Of a DNA stretch of 64,000 nt, positions 19,821 to 31,591 are shown piece by piece. The stretch is from a bacterium. GTDB taxonomy: Bacteria; Auribacterota; UBA6266. Position 1 is the first letter of the stretch; every line of letters begins with the position of its first letter. The stretch lies in assembly GCA_023228325.1 (NCBI GenBank), contig JALOBK010000001.1, forward strand, positions 1,667,744 to 1,731,743. The letters run 5' to 3'. The translations under genes and the position numbers were made by a program. The notes under the pieces were generated by a model. It was not told the origin of the DNA. It ran no database searches and worked only from the letters and a program-made list of their open reading frames with translations.

Positions 19821-21542
19821 GTGATAGCAAAAGAACTGAAAACCAAACAAACACTCGAAGAGCTTGATGAGTCAAGCGAAAATTCTGCTGGAAAGGAGGG
19901 CATGCTTTCCGATGACGAGCTCAGCAAGTTATATGAGCAGAGCTTCAAAGTTCTCGAAGAAGGGAAAATAGTTGACGGAACCATTATCAGCAAGGATGAA
20001 AAAGGCGTGATTGTTGATGTTGGTTATAAATCAGAAGGTTTTGTTGCCAAAGAGGAATTCCGCGATTACGACAAAGTCAAAGTCGGCGATAAAATAAATG
20101 TGATGATAGAAGAAAAAGAAAACGAGGACGGTATAATAGTACTTTCGAAACTGAAAGCCGACCGGTCGCTTAACTGGGAAAAAACAATTTCTTCCTGCGA
20201 AGAAGGAAAAGTCCTTAAAGGAAGGATATTCAGGAAGGTCAAAGGCGGGCTTATGGTTGATATCGGGATGGAAGCGTTCCTGCCGGCTTCCCAGATAGAC
20301 GTTAAACACATTTTCAATATGGATGATTATATCGGCAAAGAGTATGATTTTAAAATAATCAAGATTAATCCCCAGAGAAAGAACATAGTCGTTTCAAGGA
20401 GAGAACTGCTTGAAGAAGAACGGCAGAGAAGTAAATCGAAACTCATCCAAAACGTGGAAGAAGGACAGATCAGGAAAGGGTTTGTAAAAAATATCACTGA
20501 TTTCGGCGCGTTTATTGACCTTGGCGGAATAGACGGACTTCTTCATATTACCGATATGACGTGGGGAAGAATATCTCATCCGTCCGAACTGCTTGCTGTC
20601 GGCGACCACGTTGAAGTGATGATACTTGAATTTGACAGGGAAAAAGAAAGGATTTCCCTGGGGTTGAAACAGAAAACGGCTAACCCATGGGAAGACATTG
20701 AAGAAAAATACCCGGTCGGCTCGAAAATCAAGGGTAAAGTGGTAAGTATTATGCCTTACGGCGCTTTTGTAGAGGTGGAAAAAGGCATAGAAGGCTTAAT
20801 CCATATTTCAGAGTTGTCCTGGACGAAAAGGATTAACCATCCGTCCGAGATGCTTGCTGTCGGGGACAGTGTTGAAGCGATGGTCCTTAATCTCGACAAA
20901 TCCAACCAGAAAATTTCGCTTGGATTAAAACAAACTGAACATAATCCCTGGGAAAAAATAGAGGAAAAATATCCTGCAGGCACCAAGATACGCGGGAAAG
21001 TCAGGAATCTTACCAACTACGGGGCTTTTGTTGAGTTGGAGGATGGTATTGACGGATTAATACATATATCCGATATGTCATGGACAAGAAAGATCAACAC
21101 CCCTTCGGAAATCCTTAAGAAAGGTGATCTGGTAGAGGCTCAGATAATTTCCATAGACAAGGATAATAAAAAGATTGCGCTGGGAATGAAGCAGTTACAG
21201 CCCGATCCGTGGGACCAGGTCAAGGATTCTTTTAAAATAGGCGATGTAGTTAAGGGAAAAGTTAACAAGATAACGAAGTTCGGAGCTTTCGTGGAAATCG
21301 GCGAAGGAGTGGAAGGGCTTATCCATATTTCTCAATTGTCGGATAAACCCGTTGAGAAGGTAACTGATATATTGAAAGAGGGTCAGGAAGTTGAAGCAAT
21401 GGTCATTAAAGTGGAAAAAGAAGAGAGGAAGATAGCTTTAAGCCTTAAGGATGCATCGGGACCGGAAACAGGCAAGTCAGAGGATGAAGAAACAGCGGAA
21501 GAAAACTCCGGTGAGCATGATGAAGAACCGGAATCGAAATAA
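19821..21542 (+). CDS. rpsA: 30S ribosomal protein S1
   Basis: Six tandem S1 domains (repeated GxVxxIxxFGAFVxL and GLLHISE/DMSW motifs) and an acidic C-terminal tail. GTG start with an AAGGAGG RBS at 19805. Confidence 0.9.
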   Translation: MIAKELKTKQTLEELDESSENSAGKEGMLSDDELSKLYEQSFKVLEEGKIVDGTIISKDEKGVIVDVGYKSEGFVAKEEFRDYDKVKVGDKINVMIEEKENEDGIIVLSKLKADRSLNWEKTISSCEEGKVLKGRIFRKVKGGLMVDIGMEAFLPASQIDVKHIFNMDDYIGKEYDFKIIKINPQRKNIVVSRRELLEEERQRSKSKLIQNVEEGQIRKGFVKNITDFGAFIDLGGIDGLLHITDMTWGRISHPSELLAVGDHVEVMILEFDREKERISLGLKQKTANPWEDIEEKYPVGSKIKGKVVSIMPYGAFVEVEKGIEGLIHISELSWTKRINHPSEMLAVGDSVEAMVLNLDKSNQKISLGLKQTEHNPWEKIEEKYPAGTKIRGKVRNLTNYGAFVELEDGIDGLIHISDMSWTRKINTPSEILKKGDLVEAQIISIDKDNKKIALGMKQLQPDPWDQVKDSFKIGDVVKGKVNKITKFGAFVEIGEGVEGLIHISQLSDKPVEKVTDILKEGQEVEAMVIKVEKEERKIALSLKDASGPETGKSEDEETAEENSGEHDEEPESK

Positions 21543-21555
21543 ATCTTAATAAAAA

Positions 21556-21583
21556 GGGACTTGGTCAAACAAGTCCCTTTTTT
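21556..21583 (+). terminator. rho-independent terminator after rpsA
   Basis: GGGACTTG-GTCAAA-CAAGTCCC hairpin followed by TTTTTT. Confidence 0.8.
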
Positions 21584-21606
21584 CGCGCCTTTTTCAGGAG
21601 ATAGTC

Positions 21607-22827
21607 GTGAATATTACGGAACAGTTAAAAATCTTATGCGGCGGGGTTGAAGAAATAATACCCGAAGCGGAATTCAAAAACAAACTTGAAAAGTCCGCTT
21701 CCACAGGTAAACCGCTGAGGATAAAATGCGGAATTGACCCCACGAAACCCGATGTGCATATCGGACACCTTGTCCCTTACAGAAAGATGAGGCAGTTTCA
21801 GGATTTAGGGCATACAGGTGTTGTGATAATAGGTGATTACACCGCTTCGATCGGGGATCCTACCGGAAAATCCGAAGAGAGACCTCATCTTACACCGGAA
21901 GAAGCTAAAAGAAACGCTGAAAAATATCTCGAACAGTTATATAAAATTCTGGATCCGGAAAAAACAAAAGTTCATTTTAACGGCGAATGGTTTTCAAAAT
22001 TTTCCTTTAAAGATGTACTGGGCCTTGCGAGTAAAGTTACATTTGCGCAGATAATGGCCCATGAAACTTTCAGGACGAGATATGAAAAGGGAGAGCCGCT
22101 CTCTATGCATGAACTTATGTATCCCCTTCTCCAGGGATATGATTCCGTTGAAATAAACGCGGATGTTGAATTAGGCGCTACTGAACAGAAATTCAATATT
22201 CTTATGGGTCGGGAATTACAGAGAGCTTTCGGAAAAGAACCTCAGGTCGCGATGCTGTTTCCTATTCTTACAGGCATAGACGGAATAAATAAAATGTCAA
22301 AATCCTTGGGTAATTACATCGGTTTGAATGACAAGCCGGATGATATTTTCGGCAAAGTCATGAGCATACCCGACAGCGCAATCATAAATTTTGTTGTTTA
22401 CGGAACATCCACAGGACAGGATTTTGCCGATAAAGCAAAAAACCATCTTAAATCCGGTAAAAATCCGAGAGATTTGAAACTTGAACTTGCGGAAATAATC
22501 GTGAAAGAACTATCTTCCGGGGATGATGCCGTTAAAGCGCGTGAAAATTTTCTTAATACTTTCAGCAGGAAAACAGGCCCGGCGGAAGAGCTTATTCAGA
22601 CAATCAGCATAAAACCGGGAAAATACTGGGCAGTGAAACTGCTCGTCGATAACGGCTGCGCTAAAAGCAACGGAGAAGCCCGGAGACTAATTGAGCAAGG
22701 CGGGTTTGCAATCGGAGATGTAAAGATAGACGATGTTGATTTGGAAGTGAATGTGCCGGAAGACACAGACGGTAAATTGCTGAAAATAGGGAAAAAGAAA
22801 TTCGCGCGCATTGTTGCCAAAAAATAA
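21607..22827 (+). CDS. tyrS: tyrosine--tRNA ligase
   Basis: HIGH motif (PDVHIGHLVP), KMSKS, and a C-terminal S4 domain (ARRLIEQGGFAIGDVKIDD). GTG start. Confidence 0.85.
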   Translation: MNITEQLKILCGGVEEIIPEAEFKNKLEKSASTGKPLRIKCGIDPTKPDVHIGHLVPYRKMRQFQDLGHTGVVIIGDYTASIGDPTGKSEERPHLTPEEAKRNAEKYLEQLYKILDPEKTKVHFNGEWFSKFSFKDVLGLASKVTFAQIMAHETFRTRYEKGEPLSMHELMYPLLQGYDSVEINADVELGATEQKFNILMGRELQRAFGKEPQVAMLFPILTGIDGINKMSKSLGNYIGLNDKPDDIFGKVMSIPDSAIINFVVYGTSTGQDFADKAKNHLKSGKNPRDLKLELAEIIVKELSSGDDAVKARENFLNTFSRKTGPAEELIQTISIKPGKYWAVKLLVDNGCAKSNGEARRLIEQGGFAIGDVKIDDVDLEVNVPEDTDGKLLKIGKKKFARIVAKK

Positions 22828-22850
22828 TTTATATTTTTTGTAGAAAAAAG

Positions 22851-22879
22851 TTGACATAGCTTTTCAGTTTTAATATTAT
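22851..22879 (+). promoter_or_regulatory. rRNA operon promoter P1 (sigma70-like)
   Basis: TTGACA (22851-56), a 17-nt spacer, then TATTAT (22874-79), with an AT-rich UP-like region upstream. Confidence 0.55.
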
Positions 22880-22954
22880 GGTCGCCGTGCTCTTTATAAT
22901 GTAAATAGAAAAATAGCGGTTTTTATCGTGTAAAATAAATATTTGTAAAAGGTA

Positions 22955-22982
22955 TTGACAAATAGAGATTTCAGAGTATATT
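22955..22982 (+). promoter_or_regulatory. rRNA operon promoter P2 (sigma70-like)
   Basis: TTGACA (22955-60), a 16-nt spacer, then TATATT. Confidence 0.5.
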
Positions 22983-23175
22983 TGTTAAAGGCAAGAGCAA
23001 GCTAATATCTTTTATTAAAATTTTGTTATTTGATAAAGTGACAGCTTTCAGGTTGTCACTTTTTTCTGCGGTTTTTCTGCTCTTTGAAATTTGAATAGTA
23101 TGATGTGAATTGTGCAAGGTGCTTCTGTTTATTTAAGAAATACCTGATACTTTTAAGTGTCAGGTTCAAGCTTTT

Positions 23176-24738
<1,563 letters not shown>

Positions 24739-24947
24739 TAAGGAGTAACCGCCTGCAATGGATTTATTCATTATAGGTAATGATTTTCGACCTGTAAAAA
24801 GGCGAAAATCTGGTAGGTCGGTAGCACTTGCACAAACATCATACTATTCAGGTTTTAAAGAGCTTGTTCTTTTAAGATTTTTTAAAATGGTTGGTTCACG
24901 AAAGGACAACGGACCTTGCAGTTGGCCAATTCGCGACCTTAATTGGA

Positions 24948-25024
24948 GGGCCTATAGCTCAGTTGGTTAGAGCGCAGCCCTGATAAGGCTGAGGTCGGTA
25001 GTTCGACTCTACCTGGGCCCACCA
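24948..25024 (+). tRNA. tRNA-Ile (anticodon GAT)
   Basis: GGGCCTATAGCTCAGTTGGTTAGAGCGCAGCCCTGATAAGGCTGAGGTCGGTAGTTCGACTCTACCTGGGCCCACCA. Cloverleaf with a CTGATAA anticodon loop and an encoded CCA. Confidence 0.95.
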
Positions 25025-25046
25025 CCAACAAAAATTTTGTTTAAAA

Positions 25047-25130
25047 ATTCGAAATACAAATATCGAAACGAAAAGTAAAGTATTGAATTTGAATATTGTT
25101 TTGGATTTCGAAATTATAATTTAGGATTTT
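25047..25130. repeat. AT-rich intergenic repeat element (TTCGAAATAC / TTTGAATATTG / TTAGGATTT blocks), copy in the tRNA-Ile/tRNA-Ala spacer
   Basis: Shares ordered blocks with 12393-12520. Partial matches occur at 6041-6068 and 14781-14850 (see findings). Confidence 0.7.
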
Positions 25131-25219
25131 ATTTTTTTTGATCTTTTTGATTTTTTATAAAGCACTGGAAGGGTATTTGCCCTTACTTTCCGGCTTCCTT
25201 AATAAAGGAAGATAATTGT

Positions 25220-25295
25220 GGGGTAGTAGCTCATCTGGTAGAGCGCCGCCCTTGCAAGGCGGAGGTAAGGGGTTCGAGTCCCCTCTACTCCACCA
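25220..25295 (+). tRNA. tRNA-Ala (anticodon TGC)
   Basis: GGGGTAGTAGCTCATCTGGTAGAGCGCCGCCCTTGCAAGGCGGAGGTAAGGGGTTCGAGTCCCCTCTACTCCACCA. The G3:U70 alanine identity pair is present, and CCA is encoded. Confidence 0.95.
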
Positions 25296-26024
25296 GTGAA
25301 CCGTCGCTCCGAAAGAAGGTTCAGGTTAAGGTTGAGGGAAATAGGTTTTAATATTAAGTTAAGATTGAGAATGAATCTCGGTTTTAACTTAATATTAAAA
25401 GCTGAAAAAACAGAGCTTTTATTTGTTCTTTGACAACTGAATATCAGTAACAATAGAGAACTGCTGCAACAATTGAGCAATATAGGATTCTTTAAGGTCA
25501 AGCTATTAAGGGTATGCAGTGGATGCCTTGGCATCGTTAGGCGATGAAGGACGTGGTAAGCTGCGAAAAGCTTCGGGGAGGCGCAAACTGCCGTTAATCC
25601 GGAGATGTCCGAATGGGGAAACCTATTTCAGGTAATACTGAAATACCTTGTGCTGAATACATAGGCACAAGGAGCGAAACTGGGAAAACTGAAACATCTA
25701 AGTAACCCAAGGAAAAGAAAACGATAGTGATTTCCTGAGTAGTGGCGAGCGAAACGGAAAAAATTTGCCTAAACCTGATAAGTGTCAAGCCGGCAGGCGT
25801 TGCTTATCGGGTGTCGCGGGATCCAATGATTTCAATCTGCCGATTGGAAGAGAAGTTACAAATCTGTTTTTTAGCGGAATAGTCTGGAAAGTCTTCCCAT
25901 AGAAGGTGAAAGGCCTGTACGCGAAAAGAAGCAGACTTCTTATTTGGATTCCCGAGTACTGTCAGACACGTGGAACCTGGCAGGAATTTGCCCCGACCAC
26001 GGGGTAAGGCTAAATACTAAACGA

Positions 26025-26071
<47 letters not shown>

Positions 26072-27421
26072 TGTTAGGGGAGTGAAATAGTACCTGAAAC
26101 TGTATACTTACAAACCGTCGGAGGCCTATGCTTCGGTTATCCGAAGAACGGCTGACGGCGTGCCTTTTGCATAATGATCCGGCGAGTTTATTCTATGCGG
26201 CAAGGTTAATCCTTTAAGGGAGAAGCCGTAGCGAAAGCGAGTGCTAAACGCGCGATTAGTCGCATGGATAAGACCCGAAGCCAAGTGATCTATCCATGGC
26301 CAGGTTGAAGCCTCGGTAACTCGAGGTGGAGGACCGAACTAGTGAGTGTTGAAAAACTCTTGGATGAGCTGTGGATAGGGGTGAAAGGCTAATCAAACTT
26401 GGAGATAGCTGGTTCTCCCCGAAATATATTGAGGTATAGCCTCGTGTAATAGTTACTGGGGGTAGAGCACTGGATGGGCTAGGGGTCTTACCGGACTTCC
26501 AAAACCAACCAACCTCCGAATACCAGTAACCGTATCACGGGAGGCAGACTGCGGGTGATAAGGTCCGTGGTCGAGAGGGAAAGAGCCCAGATCGCAGGTT
26601 AAGGTCCCTAAATTTACGCTAAGTGAGAAAGGAAGTGAAATCTCTAGAACAGCTGGGATGTTGGCTTAGAGGCAGCCATCATTTAAAAAGTGCGTAACAG
26701 CTTACCAGTCGAGAGGTTTTGCGCCGAAAATAATCGGGGCTAAGCGTAATACCGAAGCCGCGGATTTATCCCGCCCTCGGGCGGGGTAAGTGGTAGGGGA
26801 GCGTTCTATACGGATTGAAGGCATACCGGAAGGAGTGCTGGACTGTATAGAAGTGATTATGCCGGAATGAGTAGCGATAAGGTGTGTGAGAATCACACCC
26901 GCCGTAAACCCAAGGTTTCCTGGGGAAGGTTCGTCCGCCCAGGGTTAGTCAGGACCTAAGGCGAGGCCGAAAGGCGTAGTCGATGGACAACAGGTTAATA
27001 TTCCTGTACTGTCTTGGTGAGTGATGGAGTGACGCAGTAGGCTAAGTGGGCCTTGTGCTGGATATCAAGGTCTAAGCGAGTAGGGGGATTGATAGGCAAA
27101 TCCGTCAATCATTACCCTGAGAAGCGACGGGACACGGAGTCTTCGGACGAAGTGGATTCACTGACGCCACACTGACAAGAAAAACTTCTAAACTTATTGC
27201 CAGGATACCTGTACCGTAAACCGACTCAGGTGGGTGAGGAGAGAATCCTAAGGCGTGCGAGAGAACTCTCGTTAAGGAACTCGGCAAATTAACCCCGTAA
27301 CTTAGGGAAAAGGGGTGCCTTAACCCGTGATGTAATTAACTTGCAAAAGCGGGATAAGGTCGCAGTGAAATGGCCCAGGCGACTGTTTATCAAAAACACA
27401 CGACTCTGCTAAAGCGCAAGC

Positions 27422-27454
<33 letters not shown>

Positions 27455-27515
27455 AAAGGTTAAGGGAAAGAGTTATGTCCGACTTGTCGGACAGAAGCTT
27501 AGAACCGAAGCCCCA

Positions 27516-27572
<57 letters not shown>

Positions 27573-28108
27573 ATTCCGACCTGCACGAATGGTGTAACGA
27601 TCTGGGCACTGTCTCAACGAGGGACTCGGCGAAATTGTAGTGGCGGTGAAGATGCCGCTTGCCCGCGGCTAGACGGGAAGACCCCGTGAACCTTTACTGT
27701 ACCCTGATATTGGATTTTGGTATGACTTGTGTAGCATAGGTGGGAGGCTTTGAAGTCCCGGCGTCAGCCGGGATGGAGCCGTCAGTGAAATACCACTCTG
27801 GTTATGTTGAAATTCTAACTGTATGCCGTGAATCCGGCTGCAGGACATTGTCAGGCGGGCAGTTTGACTGGGGCGGTTTCCTCCCGAAGCGTAACGGAGG
27901 AGCACGAAGGTTACCTCAGCACGGTTGGCAATCGTGCGACGAGTGTAAAGGCATAAGGTAGCTTAACTGCGAGACAGACAAGTCGAGCAGATACGAAAGT
28001 AGGTCTTAGTGATCCGGCGGTAGAATGTGGAATTGCCGTCGCTCATCGGACAAAAGGTACTCCGGGGATAACAGGCTTATCGCTCCCGATAGTTCATATA
28101 GACGGAGC

Positions 28109-28167
<59 letters not shown>

Positions 28168-28224
28168 TAGTTGTTCACTAATTAAAGCGGTACGTGAGCT
28201 GGGTTCAGAACGTCGTGAGACAGT

Positions 28225-28978
28225 AAGGATCTTGCTGTCTATAAACTTGACTGTATGCTGGAAAAGCCGGCGTATTTAAAACTACCGTGATATCCTTTAT
28301 TATGGTAAAAATGTTTTAATGCGGCTAACCAGCAGGAAACATAGGGCGGGCAAAGTATGGATAACAATTACATCTCAGGGTTTGTTGATGGAGAAGGAAC
28401 GTTTCATATCTGCTTTCAACGTAGATCTGATTTGAAATATAATTGGCAGGTAGTTCCCGAATTTCATATTAACCAAAACGGGACGAGCAAAAATGTGCTC
28501 GAGAAAATAAGGAATATTCTTGATTGTGGTTATATAAAAAGAAATGACGGGAAAAGCGAAAAAGACAAAACCCTGGTGTATGTGGTTAGAAGAAAAAAGG
28601 ATCTTCTTGAAAAAGTTATTCCATTCTTTGAGAAATATCCATTGTGGACCGAAAAACGCAATGATTTTCTGAAATTTAAAGAAGTTCTAAAGATGATGGA
28701 TAAAGACCAACATCTTGTTGATAAAGGTTTCAGAAAAATTGTAGACATTGCTTTTTCAATGAACGCAGAGGGTATTTACCGCAGGATAAAAAAAGAACAG
28801 ATTTTATCCACTTATGGATCCTCAGAGACTATACGTCAGGCAACCTGAAAATTCAGGTTAAAGATATAGTCCGAACTGCATAGCGATATGCAGAGGTAAT
28901 TTGAAAAGATTACCCGCCTTTTCGGGAGTTTATGGAAGAGGTTAGTATCCCGTTAGTTCGGGAGAAAGTAACAGAATG
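28225..28978 (+). mobile_element. group I intron in 23S rRNA at the E. coli 2593-equivalent site (the I-CreI-type homing site)
   Basis: The exon junction GAACGTCGTGAGACAGT|...|TCGGTCCCTATCTACCGTGGGCG is continuous with the conserved 23S sequence. U at -1, omega-G at 28978, and the group I S element AAGATATAGTCCG at about 28860. Confidence 0.85.
28357..28848 (+). CDS. LAGLIDADG homing endonuclease (single-motif, homodimeric type, I-CreI-like)
   Basis: N-terminal ISGFVDGEGTF LAGLIDADG motif, a length of 163 aa, and location inside a group I intron at the I-CreI target site. Confidence 0.85.
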   Translation: MDNNYISGFVDGEGTFHICFQRRSDLKYNWQVVPEFHINQNGTSKNVLEKIRNILDCGYIKRNDGKSEKDKTLVYVVRRKKDLLEKVIPFFEKYPLWTEKRNDFLKFKEVLKMMDKDQHLVDKGFRKIVDIAFSMNAEGIYRRIKKEQILSTYGSSETIRQAT

Positions 28979-29111
28979 TCGGTCCCTATCTACCGTGGGC
29001 GTAGGAAGTTTGAGGGTGACCAGTCCTTAGTACGAGAGGACCGGGATTGACGTACCAATGGTGTTCCGGTTGTTCCGCCAGGAGCATAGCCGGGTAGCTA
29101 AGTACGGAATG

Positions 29112-29142
<31 letters not shown>

Positions 29143-29376
29143 CATCCCCAAGATAAGACTTCCCAATCAGGCTCCTTGTAGACTACAAGGTTGATAGGCC
29201 AGGTGTGTAAGTCCAGTAATGGATTTAGCTAACTGGTACTAATAAGCTGATCGGCTTGACCATTTACAAACTATATTGGTTGATATTGTTTGCTGCAGTC
29301 CTCATAAAAGATATTCAGTGTTTTTGTGAGGAGTGTTGCGGGTTTACCCGCAACCTCCTCATAGTCAATAATTTTT

Positions 29377-29493
29377 CCCGGTGACAAAATAGAGAGGTGG
29401 CAACACCCGATCCCATTCCGAACTCGGCCGTTAAGCACCTCATCGCCGATGGTACTGCGATCACACACGTGGGAGAGTAGGTCGTTGCCGGGG
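29377..29493 (+). rRNA. rrf: 5S ribosomal RNA
   Basis: CCGAACTCGGCCGTTAAGC, GCCGATGGTACTG and TGGGAGAGTAGGTCG blocks. The terminal helix pairs CCCGG with CCGGG. Ends are placed to within about 3 nt. Confidence 0.8.
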
Positions 29494-29503
29494 TAAATAT
29501 TCT

Positions 29504-29537
29504 AAAAGAGGGGTTAATTTAACCCCTCTTTTTTTGT
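29504..29537 (+). terminator. rho-independent terminator of the rRNA operon
   Basis: AAAAGAGGGGTTAA-T-TTAACCCCTCTTTTTTT, a near-perfect palindrome plus a T-run. Confidence 0.85.
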
Positions 29538-29573
29538 TGCAAAAAACCCGCGGATATGTGAAATTATCTAAAT

Positions 29574-30956
29574 ATGAAACGTGTTTATATAAATATATTA
29601 TTTTTTATCTGTTCTGCCTGCCTGTCTCAGTTGTCTTACTCGGCCGCAAAAAAACCGTTTGACCTGCCCGGATGGGTATTAATCTGGAATGATGAATTCG
29701 AAGAATCCGAACTGAATTTGTCAAAATGGCGTGTTTCCGATACTGCTCCGGTAAAGAATAAAGAGCTTGAGTATTATACACCCGATGATGTTTATCTTGA
29801 AAACGGGTGCCTGATATTGAGAAGCCAGAAACGGGATATGGGAGGAAGAGAATACACTTCAGGGCATGTCGATACAAAACTGAAATTTGCCACAACATAC
29901 GGCAGGATAGAAACACGCGCTAAATTGCCGGGCGGACAGGGGATATGGCCCGCGCACTGGATGCTTCCCGTAAAAGGGGGATGGCCTCCCGAGATTGATA
30001 TCATGGAGTTGCTCGGACACGCTCCCGACAGGGTTTATATGACGCTTCACTGGGGTCATTGGCCTAACAATCAGCATGCGGGAAAATCTTTCAAAGGCCC
30101 TGATTTCACAAATGGTTTCCACACTTTCGCTGTGGAATGGGAACCGGATGAAATAAGGTGGTATGTAGATGATGTGCTGAAATATACAGCCGTAAAAAAT
30201 ATTCCCCGGGAACCTTTTTATATAATTTTGAATACCGCCGTCGGAGGCGACTGGCCGGGTAATCCAAACAGCAAAACCAGATTTCCCCAGCACCATTATA
30301 TTGATTATGTAAGAGTGTATATCAAAGATATAAAGGGGACCTCTTATCTTTATATTACCGCTGAAAACGGGAAAATCGAGTGCACGCCCTATAAAGAGAG
30401 GTATAAAACAGGGGAAACAGTGAACCTGTTTGCAAAACCGGATCTTTGTTATAGGTTCAGCCGATGGGAAGGGGATGCTTCCGGGAAAAATAATCCTCTG
30501 CGGTTAAAAATGGACAGCCATAAGAAAATACAGGCTGTATTTGAACCGGACCCTGAAGGACCTAAAGTCATATCCAAAGGTAAAAAAACAAAATCTTCTT
30601 CGCTGGAATCGCCCGCGCTGGATGACAGATACGCGGTTGACGGAGATAAGGAAACAAGATGGTCATCAGCATGGTCAGACCCTCAGTGGATAAAAATAGA
30701 CCTTGGTGATATCTGTAAAATTATCGGAGTGAAACTTTATTGGGAAACCGCATATGCCAGGGCGTATGATGTGCAGGTGTCCATTGACGGAGTGGAATGG
30801 AAAACGGTTTATTCACAGAAATCTTCGGGGGGCGATATCGAAAGCATAGGAGATATAAATATAGAAGCCAGATATATCAGAGTTTTCGGTAAAAAGAGGG
30901 CAACCGATTACGGATATTCTCTCTGGGAAATAGAAGTGTTCGGAGAGAAAAAGTAG
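29574..30956 (+). CDS. secreted glycoside hydrolase family 16 (laminarinase-like beta-glucanase) with C-terminal F5/8 type C (discoidin) carbohydrate-binding domain
   Basis: Signal peptide, the GH16 catalytic motif EIDIME (ExDxxE), and a C-terminal discoidin-type region (AWSDPQWIKIDLG...YDVQVSIDGVEW). Confidence 0.8.
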   Translation: MKRVYINILFFICSACLSQLSYSAAKKPFDLPGWVLIWNDEFEESELNLSKWRVSDTAPVKNKELEYYTPDDVYLENGCLILRSQKRDMGGREYTSGHVDTKLKFATTYGRIETRAKLPGGQGIWPAHWMLPVKGGWPPEIDIMELLGHAPDRVYMTLHWGHWPNNQHAGKSFKGPDFTNGFHTFAVEWEPDEIRWYVDDVLKYTAVKNIPREPFYIILNTAVGGDWPGNPNSKTRFPQHHYIDYVRVYIKDIKGTSYLYITAENGKIECTPYKERYKTGETVNLFAKPDLCYRFSRWEGDASGKNNPLRLKMDSHKKIQAVFEPDPEGPKVISKGKKTKSSSLESPALDDRYAVDGDKETRWSSAWSDPQWIKIDLGDICKIIGVKLYWETAYARAYDVQVSIDGVEWKTVYSQKSSGGDIESIGDINIEARYIRVFGKKRATDYGYSLWEIEVFGEKK

Positions 30957-30961
30957 GTTTG

Positions 30962-31576
30962 CTACCTTGCTTTTTCCACATACTTCTCAACTGTGTTGAT
31001 GTCGTGGGTCGGACTTCCTGTTTTTTTTCCCTTTTTATCGAAAACCCATATGTTGGGGACACTTCTTATATTATACTGTTTTACCACTTCGCTTTCCCAG
31101 TTCACAATATCGATTTTCCTTAATATCACGTCATCGTATTTATTAATAATTTTTTCAAGCCGGGGCGCTATGCTTTTGCATGGCCCGCACCAGTCAGCAT
31201 AAAAGTCGAATATCACTACATAACCATCTACGAGATAATCTTCTATAGCGACTTTTTTGCCGGAAGATATTTTCTGTTCTTTTTTTGGTTTTTTTAAGGC
31301 GGTTGTTTTTGCGACAGGATTATTTTTGGATGGATTAACATGGGATTTCTTAAGCAATTTCAGGTTCTCTATGTCCGACTGTTTTTCAATGGATTCGACT
31401 TTGTCCATTGAGAATTTCATTTCGCCCCCTTCAAGCCGGATTTTTACATAATCATCTGTTTGCTTTGTTATAACGCCTTTCATTTGATATCCTGTTGTCA
31501 GTGTTATAATATCGGCAAATGATATATTTGCGCGCAGCATAACAAGCAATAGAGTAGCGGTTATAAATAGTTTCAA
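30962..31576 (-). CDS. secreted thioredoxin-fold protein (CxxC)
   Basis: Signal peptide and FYADWCGPCK, a thioredoxin active site. Confidence 0.75.
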   Translation of the reverse strand: MKLFITATLLLVMLRANISFADIITLTTGYQMKGVITKQTDDYVKIRLEGGEMKFSMDKVESIEKQSDIENLKLLKKSHVNPSKNNPVAKTTALKKPKKEQKISSGKKVAIEDYLVDGYVVIFDFYADWCGPCKSIAPRLEKIINKYDDVILRKIDIVNWESEVVKQYNIRSVPNIWVFDKKGKKTGSPTHDINTVEKYVEKAR

Positions 31577-31591
31577 AATGTTGCTCCTTTG

